From an uncultured Clostridia bacterium (GTDB taxonomy: Bacteria > Bacillota > Clostridia > Christensenellales > Aristaeellaceae), in the NCBI GenBank assembly GCA_934647235.1, contig CAKUFG010000003.1, forward strand, positions 80,578 to 112,577: a stretch of DNA of 32,000 nucleotides, written 5' to 3'. The notes under the pieces are model-generated. The model ran no database searches, had not been told where the DNA came from, and saw only the letters and a program-made list of their open reading frames with translations. Positions 20,686-28,481 of the stretch are shown here, in pieces. Positions within the stretch are counted from its first letter, which is position 1; every line of letters begins with the position of its first letter. Both the position numbers and the translations under genes were made by a program.

Positions 20686-21174
20686 ATGCCTATCACCGTC
20701 GCCATGATCGAAGAAAAGGAATTTAAGACCAAGGTTCGCGGCTACGACCCCGTAGAGGTAGACGAGTTTCTGGATGATATCTGCGACGAAATGGTCGTGA
20801 TGCAGGAGGAAATCTCCAATCTGCAGGCGCGCCTGGCGCAGGCCTCCCGCACGCAGATGTACGCCCAGCCTGCCCCCCAGCCGCAGCGCGACGTCAACGC
20901 CGAGGCCTCCGACAGCGCCCAGCGCCTGCTGGCCCGCGCGCAGAAAATGTACGACGATACCATCGCCGAGGCCAAGCGCGAGGCCGATTCCATCCTGGCC
21001 AACGCCAACGCCCAGGCGCAGAACGGCCAGTCCGCCGCGCTGACGGCGGAATGCGACGCCCTCCGCAAGCAGGTAGAGGAGCTGCGCGCCTCCGCGCGCT
21101 CCTACCGCGATAAGCTGCTTCAACTGCTGCAGCAGCAGCGCGAGCTGCTGGACCAGAACTCCGAGCTGTTCTGA
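20686..21174 (+). CDS. divIVA: DivIVA-domain protein
   Basis: N-terminal DivIVA lipid-binding domain ITVAMIEEKEFKTKVRGYDPVEVDEFLDDI, followed by a coiled coil. AAGGAG lies upstream of the ATG. Confidence 0.88.
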   Translation: MPITVAMIEEKEFKTKVRGYDPVEVDEFLDDICDEMVVMQEEISNLQARLAQASRTQMYAQPAPQPQRDVNAEASDSAQRLLARAQKMYDDTIAEAKREADSILANANAQAQNGQSAALTAECDALRKQVEELRASARSYRDKLLQLLQQQRELLDQNSELF

Positions 21175-21198
21175 CCTGCCTGATCAAATACAACAGCA

Positions 21199-22077
21199 AT
21201 GGATAAAAAGCTATACGGCGCGCTGGAGGCGGGCGGCACCAAAATGGTGCTGGGCATTGCGGATGCGGACGGCCGCATTCTGCACACCCTGTCCCTGCCT
21301 ACGCGCACGCCCGATGAAACAATGCCGGAGATGATCGCCTTTTTTGCCCAGCATGCCGTCTGCGCGCTGGGCGTGGGCACCTTCGGTCCGGCGCAGGTGC
21401 ATGCCGAATCGCCCGATTACGGCAGCATCCTGCATACGCCCAAGCTGGCCTGGCAGGGCTATCCCCTGTGCCGGGAGTTTAGCCGTGTGCTGAACGTACC
21501 CTTTGCCTGCGATACCGACGTCAATGCCGCCGCGCTGGCCGAGGCTCGCCTGGGCGCAGCGCGCGGGCTGCACAGCTGCCTGTATCTGACGGTAGGCACG
21601 GGCATCGGCGGCGGGCTGTACTGCGAGGATCAGCTGGTGCATGGCATGCTGCATCCCGAATGGGGGCATATGCTACTGGCTCCGCGCGCGGACGATCCCA
21701 CGCCGGATGGCTTTTGCCCCTTCCATCAGCACTGCGCCGAAGGGCTGGCCGCCGGACCTGCCATTGAGAAGCGCTGGGGCGTTTCCGCCCGCGACCTGCC
21801 TGAGAATCACCCGGCCTTCGATCTGGAGGCCTATTATCTGGCGCAGGTGTGCGTAAACGCGCTGATGACCGTATCGCCCGAGCGCATTTTGCTGGGCGGC
21901 GGCGTAATGCAGCGCGAGGGCCTGCTGCCCCGCGTGCGGCACTATGTGCGCCAGCTGCAGAACGGCTACATCACAGCGCCGGAGCTGGACGATCTGGATA
22001 CCTACATTCAAACCCCTGCGCTTTATCCGCTCAGCGGCCTGGTTGGCGCGGCGCTGCTGGCGCTGTCCGCCCGCTGA
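21199..22077 (+). CDS. ROK-family sugar kinase (fructokinase/Mak-like)
   Basis: N-terminal ATPase motif ALEAGGTKMV, then LTVGTGIGGG and the His/Cys zinc cluster HPEWGH...CPFHQHCAEG, which is typical of ROK fructo/mannokinases. No obvious SD precedes the ATG. Confidence 0.82.
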   Translation: MDKKLYGALEAGGTKMVLGIADADGRILHTLSLPTRTPDETMPEMIAFFAQHAVCALGVGTFGPAQVHAESPDYGSILHTPKLAWQGYPLCREFSRVLNVPFACDTDVNAAALAEARLGAARGLHSCLYLTVGTGIGGGLYCEDQLVHGMLHPEWGHMLLAPRADDPTPDGFCPFHQHCAEGLAAGPAIEKRWGVSARDLPENHPAFDLEAYYLAQVCVNALMTVSPERILLGGGVMQREGLLPRVRHYVRQLQNGYITAPELDDLDTYIQTPALYPLSGLVGAALLALSAR

Positions 22078-22098
22078 TTGACAAAAGGAGCGTTCGCC

Positions 22099-22947
22099 AT
22101 GCAGCCCACCGCTTCCCCCGCGCCTGACGTTTCCATCAGTCAGGATCTGCGGCACGCGGCCAGCGTGCTGTCCAGGTTTTATGAAGAACTGCCGGTGATA
22201 CTCACGCGCCTGCTTACGGCCGGCGCGGCGATTATCATCGGCCTTTTGCTGCTGCGGCTGTTCCGCCGCCTGCTCAACAAGCACCTGCGCTATCGTCCCG
22301 GCACCACGCGCCGCACCATGCAGCAGGTAGAAACGCTGCGGTCGCTGATTGGCAGCGTGATGAGCTATCTGATGTACTTTTTCATCGCGCTGGTGGTGCT
22401 GCGCATCTTCGGGGTGGATCTGGCATCGCTCCTGGCTGTGGCCGGCATCGGCAGCATCGCCCTGGGCTTTGGCGCGCAATCGCTGGTGAAGGATATCATC
22501 AGCGGCATGTTCCTGTGGATGGAGGGCAACATCACCGTGGGCGACATTGTGACACTGGCCGGCTGCACCGGCAAGGTGGAGGCCATGTCGCTGCGCACCA
22601 CCACCCTGCGCGGCACGGACGGCACGCTGTACGCCATCCCCAACGGCGATATCCGCACCGTGGCCTGCCGCTCCCGTGGGGCGATTGTGGCGCAGGTGAA
22701 CATCACCGTAGCCGTAGGGCAGGATATGCTGCGCGCACAGCAGGCCATCACCGAGGAATGCGCGCTGCTGGCCGCGCGGCTGGGGCTTGCCCATACGCCC
22801 ACCCTGTACCCCGCCATCGCAGGCGACGCGCTGCGCGTCACCATGCGCGTAGAGTGTCCCTGCGAGCCCGATGAATGCTGGGCGCTGGAGCGGGAGATCC
22901 GCCTGAGCCTGTATGAACGGCTGCGCAAGGAAGAAATCAAAACCTGA
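22099..22947 (+). CDS. MscS-family mechanosensitive channel
   Basis: TM helices are followed by the MscS beta-domain motif GDIVTLAGCTGKVEAMSLRTTTLRGTDGTLYAIPNGDI. The start is set at the ATG at 22099 after AAAGGAG. The track start at 22078 is a TTG. Confidence 0.85.
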   Translation: MQPTASPAPDVSISQDLRHAASVLSRFYEELPVILTRLLTAGAAIIIGLLLLRLFRRLLNKHLRYRPGTTRRTMQQVETLRSLIGSVMSYLMYFFIALVVLRIFGVDLASLLAVAGIGSIALGFGAQSLVKDIISGMFLWMEGNITVGDIVTLAGCTGKVEAMSLRTTTLRGTDGTLYAIPNGDIRTVACRSRGAIVAQVNITVAVGQDMLRAQQAITEECALLAARLGLAHTPTLYPAIAGDALRVTMRVECPCEPDECWALEREIRLSLYERLRKEEIKT

Positions 22948-22964
22948 CGCTGATCGAACAATGC

Positions 22965-23008
22965 AAAAAACGGCTGGCTGGAGCGTTCTCCAATCAGCCG
23001 TTTTCTTT
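22965..23008. terminator. Bidirectional rho-independent terminator between the convergent MscS and glycerophosphodiesterase genes
   Basis: AAAACGGCTG (22967-22976) pairs with CAGCCGTTTT (22995-23004). An inner stem TGGAG/CTCCA is present, with an A-run on the 5' side and a T-run on the 3' side. Confidence 0.85.
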
Positions 23009-23015
23009 TACGTCC

Positions 23016-23783
23016 TTACAGCCGTCCGGCGGCGCGCAGATAGGCCCGCGGGTCGTTGCACAGCGGCAGGGTGGTTTGATAATGCATCGCGCGGGCGACC
23101 TGCTCGGGCGTATCCGCCGGGGTACAGATGATGGCGATATCATGGTCACGGTACAGCTTCACATGCTCGTCATCCAGCATATTATAGGGAATGCAGATGC
23201 CCCACAGCTCGTTCAGCGTGCCGTTCGGGCCGGGATGAAAATTGACCCTCCAGGGATAATCGTGCGGCGCGCCGATCACCCGGCGGCCAACACGCTCGGT
23301 CAGGTAGGATACGATATCGCAGTCCACACAGTTGAACACGCAGCGATTCATCATGCCCATCTGCTCAATCAGCGGCAGCGCCGCCTTGACCGTATCCAGC
23401 GTGTAATCGTACACCTTGAAGTCGATATCCATCAAAACATCCGGATAATCGCGCATATAGCTTAAAAACTGCTCCAGCGTAGGCAGATGCAGGCCCTCGT
23501 ACACAACGCCGCAATGGATGCCGAAATCCAGCTGCTTGAGCTCCTTGAGGGTATAATTATGGATGTTGCCCGTGCCGTTGGAGCAGCGCTCCAGGTGGTT
23601 ATCATGGGCGATTACCGGCACGCCGTCGCGCGACAGATACACATCCACCTCCACCAGATCCACGCCCAGGGCAATGCCCTCCTGCACAGCCAGCAACGTA
23701 TTTTCAGGATAACGCTCGGAATAGCCGCGGTGCGCGCCGATAAACAGCCCATCCCGGCGCAGCAAGCTTTCCAGCTTTGTCAT
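23016..23783 (-). CDS. Glycerophosphodiester phosphodiesterase (GDPD family), no signal peptide
   Basis: GDPD catalytic motifs GAHRGYSERYPENT and VEVDVYLSRDGVPVIAHD are present. The N-terminus is hydrophilic, so the protein is predicted cytoplasmic. Confidence 0.88.
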   Translation of the reverse strand: MTKLESLLRRDGLFIGAHRGYSERYPENTLLAVQEGIALGVDLVEVDVYLSRDGVPVIAHDNHLERCSNGTGNIHNYTLKELKQLDFGIHCGVVYEGLHLPTLEQFLSYMRDYPDVLMDIDFKVYDYTLDTVKAALPLIEQMGMMNRCVFNCVDCDIVSYLTERVGRRVIGAPHDYPWRVNFHPGPNGTLNELWGICIPYNMLDDEHVKLYRDHDIAIICTPADTPEQVARAMHYQTTLPLCNDPRAYLRAAGRL

Positions 23784-23801
23784 AAGCAGTGCCTTCTTTC
23801 C

Positions 23802-24704
23802 TTACGCCAGCGCATCATAGCGCCGCAGCAGATATTGACCGATTTCAAACGCCGTGCGGCACAGTTGAGGGTACAGTTCTTCCGGCGCGCGGCGCGTGGC
23901 ATTCTGGATTTCAAAGGTGAAATCGCCCGCGTAATCCACTGCGCGCAGGCCCAGCAGCACATCATCCCACTCGAGGGTGCCGTGGAAGGGCAGCAGGTGC
24001 AGATCGTCCATGCGGTTATTATCGTGGATATGGAGGGCAATCAGTCGCTTGCCATACAGCTTGATGGTATCGTACAGGTTTTCGCCCATGTAGTGCGCAT
24101 GACCCACATCCAGGCAGATCTGCACATTTTCCATGTTGATCGCATCCACCAGATCCACCAGCTCCTCCGCATGGGTGCAGTAGCGCCAATACACGCTGCC
24201 GTCCATCCGGCGGTTGCTGAGCATGTTCTCCACCGCGATACGCAGGCCATACCTGCCGGCCATGTCGCCCGCACGGCGCAGATATTCCACATTGGCGCGG
24301 CGGCAGGCGTCGATATTCTGCAGTTCGCGCGAGCCGGGCGCTTCATAGGGATGATAGATGATGGTATCGATGCCCAGCATCACGCAGGCCTGCATGATGC
24401 GCTCGGTCATCTGATGCAGCCAGGCCGTGTGGTCGTCCTGGGCAAAGTAATCATACATCGAGCCGTGCGCCTGATTGAACACAATGCCCAGCTTGTCCGC
24501 CTCGCTGCGCTGGGCTTCAATCCATCCCTGCCATTCCGAGGTAGTAAAGGGGTTTTCGCCGCGCACAGTATCCTGATTGCTGAACGCCGTAGCGCACCAG
24601 TCCAGTACCTGGAAGCCCGCCGCGCCCAGGGTGCGGATGGTATCCAGGCTGTGCTCCGCGCGCTGCACAGGATAAAGCATATTGGTAGAAGTGGAAAGCC
24701 GCAT
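23802..24704 (-). CDS. Sugar-phosphate isomerase/epimerase-like TIM-barrel protein (xylose-isomerase-like / AP-endonuclease-2 fold)
   Basis: The pattern is typical of the family: ...IIYHP..., RIAVENM, CLDVGHAH, ALHIHDN. Specific activity cannot be determined from sequence. Confidence 0.8.
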   Translation of the reverse strand: MRLSTSTNMLYPVQRAEHSLDTIRTLGAAGFQVLDWCATAFSNQDTVRGENPFTTSEWQGWIEAQRSEADKLGIVFNQAHGSMYDYFAQDDHTAWLHQMTERIMQACVMLGIDTIIYHPYEAPGSRELQNIDACRRANVEYLRRAGDMAGRYGLRIAVENMLSNRRMDGSVYWRYCTHAEELVDLVDAINMENVQICLDVGHAHYMGENLYDTIKLYGKRLIALHIHDNNRMDDLHLLPFHGTLEWDDVLLGLRAVDYAGDFTFEIQNATRRAPEELYPQLCRTAFEIGQYLLRRYDALA

Positions 24705-24726
24705 GTCCGGTTCCTTTCCGGGCGGA

Positions 24727-25611
24727 TCAGCCCTTGACCGAGCCGACCATTACGCCCTTGACAAAGTACTTTTGAATGAAGGGGTACACGCACAGAATGG
24801 GCAGGGTGGTAACGACGATGGAAGCGCACTTGAGGGTATGCGAGGTGGGGGCCTGCTGCACATCGTCGATGGTCACGCCCATGTCCTCCAGCGCTGCAGT
24901 GGCCGAAATGATGATGGTGCGCATCACGTTCTGCACAGGCACGAGCTTGGCGTCCGTCAGGTACATCACGCCGGGGAACCACGCATTCCAGAAGGAAACG
25001 GCGTAGAACATGGCGATGGTGGCGATGGACGGCAGGCTCAGCGGCAGGATCACGCGGATCAGGATAGTAAACTGATTGGCGCCGTCCAGATACGCGGCCT
25101 CCTCCAATGCGTCCGGAATGGCATAGAAGAAGTTGCGCATGATCAGCATGTTCCAGGTGTTGCAGATATAGGGCAGCACCAGCGCCCACCGGCTGTTGAG
25201 CAGGCCCAATTCCTTCACCAGAATGTAGTTGGGCACCATGCCGCCGGAGAACAGCATGGTAAAGAACACCATGCCCAGGATGCCGTTGCGGCCGCGCAGC
25301 TCGCGCTTGCTGAGGGGGTAGGCCAGGGTAATCGTCAGGAACATGCTCAGCGCCGTGCCCGCAATAACCACAAACAGCGTGTTGGCATAACCAGTATACA
25401 GCTTATCGGTCTTAAAGAGAATACCGTAAGCCGAAGTATCCCAAACCTCCGGCCAGAGGATGAACTGGCCGCGCCGGGCAATCTCCGACGCGCTGACAAA
25501 GGAGGTGATCAGCACGCTCAGCAGCGGCACAATGGTGACCACCGCCAACAGGCCCAGCAGGATATACGATACGATAATAAAGATTCTTTCGCTTCTCGTG
25601 ACGTTTTTCAT
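24727..25611 (-). CDS. Carbohydrate ABC transporter permease (LplC/YtcP-like)
   Basis: EAA loop EAAYLDGANQFTILIRVILPLS with six hydrophobic helices. ATG lies 3 nt after the upstream stop. Confidence 0.9.
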   Translation of the reverse strand: MKNVTRSERIFIIVSYILLGLLAVVTIVPLLSVLITSFVSASEIARRGQFILWPEVWDTSAYGILFKTDKLYTGYANTLFVVIAGTALSMFLTITLAYPLSKRELRGRNGILGMVFFTMLFSGGMVPNYILVKELGLLNSRWALVLPYICNTWNMLIMRNFFYAIPDALEEAAYLDGANQFTILIRVILPLSLPSIATIAMFYAVSFWNAWFPGVMYLTDAKLVPVQNVMRTIIISATAALEDMGVTIDDVQQAPTSHTLKCASIVVTTLPILCVYPFIQKYFVKGVMVGSVKG

Positions 25612-25614
25612 AGC

Positions 25615-26559
25615 TTACCAGATCCCCTCCTGTCCCATTTTCTTGGCGACAAAGTTGGAGCCAAGCACCATCACCAGCGCGACGACGGATTTGAACACGT
25701 TGACGGCCGTTGAGTAGGAATAGTTCAGGCTGACCAGGCCCTCGCGGTAAACATAGGTATCGATGATATCGCCGGTCTCGTACACGGCGGAGGAATACAG
25801 CAGGAATACCTGCTCAAAGCCGGCGTTAAGCAATTCGCCGCAGCGCAGAATGAACATCAGCGAAATGATCGGCGCAATTGCCGGCAGCGTTACATGCAGA
25901 ATCTTATGGTGCCAGTTGGCGCCATCCACAGTCGCGGCCTCGTAAAGCTCAGGGTCGATGCCCGTCATGGCCGCCAGGTATACGATGGAGTTCCAGCCGA
26001 TGGTCTTCCACAGCTCGGTAATCACCAGCACGCCCTGGAAGTACTCGTTGCGGCCGATAAAGAAGATCGGCTCACCGCCAAAGGCCTTGATGATCATGTT
26101 GATCAGGCCGCCGTCCACGCTGGTAACGGTGCGCACGATGCTGCATACCACCACGGTGGACAGGAAATGCGGCAAATAAGAAACGGTCTGAATCGACTTT
26201 TTGTAGATTTTTCCGGGAATCGCGTTCAGCAGGATCGCCAGCAGAATGGACGAGGGGAAGCATACCACCAGCTTTTTCAGGCTGATGAGCAGGCTGTTGC
26301 GGATCAGCCGCCAGGCGTAAATGGACTTAAAGAACCGGCGGAACCAGTACAGCCCCACCCACTTGCTGTTGAACATGCCTTTCAGCCCGCTGAAGGGCTG
26401 ATACTTTTCAAAGGCAATCACAATACCGAACATCGGCGCGTACTTGAACAGCACATACCACAGAACGCCCGGGATGAGCATCAAATACAGCAGCTTGTAT
26501 TTATTAAAGGATTTCCGCCAGGTCAGGCGGTCGTTTATCGCTTTTGTTTTTCGGGCCAA
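25615..26559 (-). CDS. Carbohydrate ABC transporter permease (LplB/YteP-like)
   Basis: EAA loop EAATVDGANWHHKILHVTLPAI and N-terminal YKLLYLMLIPGVLWYVLFKYAPMFG, typical of LplB-type permeases. TTG start at 26559 lies 8 nt after AAAGGAGG. The next in-frame ATG would delete the conserved N-terminus. Confidence 0.85.
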   Translation of the reverse strand: MARKTKAINDRLTWRKSFNKYKLLYLMLIPGVLWYVLFKYAPMFGIVIAFEKYQPFSGLKGMFNSKWVGLYWFRRFFKSIYAWRLIRNSLLISLKKLVVCFPSSILLAILLNAIPGKIYKKSIQTVSYLPHFLSTVVVCSIVRTVTSVDGGLINMIIKAFGGEPIFFIGRNEYFQGVLVITELWKTIGWNSIVYLAAMTGIDPELYEAATVDGANWHHKILHVTLPAIAPIISLMFILRCGELLNAGFEQVFLLYSSAVYETGDIIDTYVYREGLVSLNYSYSTAVNVFKSVVALVMVLGSNFVAKKMGQEGIW

Positions 26560-26619
26560 GGCGTGGGCCTCCTTTCGGGTATGCGCCGGGAGACGGCGAT
26601 GCGTGGCGAATAAAGGCCG

Positions 26620-26645
26620 GGGGAGGGAAATCGCTTTCCCTCCCC
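26620..26645 (-). promoter_or_regulatory. Intercistronic perfect 11-bp GC-rich stem-loop between the binding-protein and permease genes
   Basis: GGGGAGGGAAA (26620-26630), loop TCGC, then TTTCCCTCCCC (26635-26645). No clean U-tract follows on the mRNA strand. Confidence 0.6.
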
Positions 26646-26660
26646 GCGGGATGGACGGGA

Positions 26661-28196
26661 TTAATCCAGGCCCTTCGCGTGCTTATACTGGCGGGTCAGC
26701 TCTTCGCAGTATTCCTGCATGCCGATGCCGTACAGCTCCTGAATGAACTTATCCCAGTTTTCCTTGGTCAGTTCCTTCTGGCCGTTGAAGAAACTCATGA
26801 TATCCTCTTCCACCTTGGTCTGAATATCGTTGTAGCTCATCACGTTTTCAGCCATTTCCGTGGTGTTGTAGTTGATGTTCAGGTCGAAAGGCGCCTTGGC
26901 GGCGAAGGTATCGCCCTGATGGCGGATCCATTCGTTCTGCATGTTCTGCACGCCGTCCGCATCGTACATGACGCAGTCAGATTCCACAGGCAGACCAACG
27001 GAGTACCAGAAGTCCTTGGAATACTTGGGATAACCGGCAGCTTCGTAATCCAGATCCTTCACGATATGCAGGGTCTTGGCTTCCTCTCCATAGGTTTCCA
27101 CATCGTAATCCCAGTAGATGCCCTGCGGGCCCTTCTGCGCGCTGTAGTTATTCGCCCAGTCGGAGAACAGGAACTCCAGCACCTTCAGATAGGCGCGGAT
27201 GGTTTCATCAGAGGATTTGGCGTTGAACAGCATCGCGCCGCTGGCGGCCTTGATCTGGGTTTCGCACAGCTCGCCGTTGCGGGTCATGCCGTTGACGGAG
27301 GCCCACCACTTCGCTTCGGGCACGTTGGCGCGCAGGTTGATATACTGGTTGCACAGGTCGGTGGAGTAGGCGGCAGAGGCAGCCACGCGGCCGGAGGCCA
27401 GATACTGCTTTACGGTGTTGGTATCCCAGGAGTAGTTTTCCTTATGGATGATGCCGTCAGCATACCACTGATGCATTTTTTCCAGGAAATCATAGTAGCC
27501 TTCCTGCAGATAGTAGGGTTTGACCAGGCCGTCGGTCTCGTCCAGCCAGTTGGAGTAGCCATACTTGGTGAAGCCGCCCAAGAAATGATATTCCATGGTA
27601 GTCATGTTGCCGCGGGTGATCAGGGCGATGGTTTCGCCGTTGCCGAAGGGATCGGCTTCCTTGACGGCATACAGATACTTTTCAAATTCTTCAAAGGTGG
27701 TCGGATAGGTTTCCTCGGTGTAGCCCAGCTGCTTGAGGAAATCCTCACGGATGAAGGACTGATAGAACACACGGTTGCAGTTGCGCGGCAGGCCCCATAC
27801 GTTGCCTTCGCTGTCAGTCACAGTTGACAAACCGCCGAAGTTTTCCCAGGTTTTCATGGTATTCGGAATGGCATCCAAATACTCGTTGATGGTGCGGATC
27901 ATGCCGTACTCGCTGTACTGCATCCAGTCGCCCCACCACACGTCGATGGTCGTATCGCCGGTCAGCAGCGCGTTCTGCTTTTCGGTGTTGTTGGTGCCGT
28001 CCAGGGTGATCTGGTTGATCAGCACGCCGGTGTTCTCCAGGATCCAATCCTGCACCAGCTTGTAGCCTTCATTAGAAGAGTTGGTGGCGGACTCGGGGCC
28101 GATGACGGTCACGGTGATGGGTTCGTCAGCGACGGCGAGGGGCGCCATAGCGCACAGCATCACCAGCGCCAGCGCGAGAGCAAGCAGCTTTTTCAT
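26661..28196 (-). CDS. Large extracellular solute-binding protein (LplA-like, family 1) for an oligosaccharide-type ligand
   Basis: Signal peptide MKKLLALALALVMLCAMAPLAVA. The roughly 490-aa mature domain is typical of LplA/YtcQ-type SBPs. The start is set at the ATG at 28196 after GGAGG. The track start at 28238 adds 14 hydrophilic residues with no RBS. Confidence 0.88.
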   Translation of the reverse strand: MKKLLALALALVMLCAMAPLAVADEPITVTVIGPESATNSSNEGYKLVQDWILENTGVLINQITLDGTNNTEKQNALLTGDTTIDVWWGDWMQYSEYGMIRTINEYLDAIPNTMKTWENFGGLSTVTDSEGNVWGLPRNCNRVFYQSFIREDFLKQLGYTEETYPTTFEEFEKYLYAVKEADPFGNGETIALITRGNMTTMEYHFLGGFTKYGYSNWLDETDGLVKPYYLQEGYYDFLEKMHQWYADGIIHKENYSWDTNTVKQYLASGRVAASAAYSTDLCNQYINLRANVPEAKWWASVNGMTRNGELCETQIKAASGAMLFNAKSSDETIRAYLKVLEFLFSDWANNYSAQKGPQGIYWDYDVETYGEEAKTLHIVKDLDYEAAGYPKYSKDFWYSVGLPVESDCVMYDADGVQNMQNEWIRHQGDTFAAKAPFDLNINYNTTEMAENVMSYNDIQTKVEEDIMSFFNGQKELTKENWDKFIQELYGIGMQEYCEELTRQYKHAKGLD

Positions 28197-28344
28197 CTGG
28201 GAAAAGCCTCCTTCTTTTTTTGCATCACACAGATGCATTTGCTGTTTTCAGCCTACTTAATTTTCTTCATCGCGGCAAGACAAAAAATCGGACATTTCAA
28301 CGCAATTTTGCAGTTTTTGTTTGTTTTGTCTTTGTGCGTACCAT

Positions 28345-28374
28345 TATATACATCTAAATTTTTATTCTGGTCAA
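28345..28374 (-). promoter_or_regulatory. Candidate promoter of the LplABC-type operon
   Basis: Minus strand reads TTGACC (28374-28369), an 18-nt spacer, then TATATA (28350-28345, overlapping TATAAT). It is followed by an AT/CA-rich leader of about 145 nt. Confidence 0.4.
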
Positions 28375-28420
28375 CACATTTCCGTTTTTTCGGGTAAAAA
28401 AGGCAAAAATCAGGTCCTTC

Positions 28421-28460
28421 AAAGCAAAAGCCTTCTCCCTGTGAGAGAAGGTCTTTTTGC
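28421..28460 (-). terminator. Rho-independent terminator after the AraC-type regulator gene
   Basis: CCTTCTC (28431-28437), a 7-nt loop, then GAGAAGG (28445-28451). On the minus strand it is followed by CTTTTGCTTT. It lies about 30 nt after the stop. Confidence 0.6.
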
Positions 28461-28481
28461 TTGTTATCTCGCAGGGCGCGC

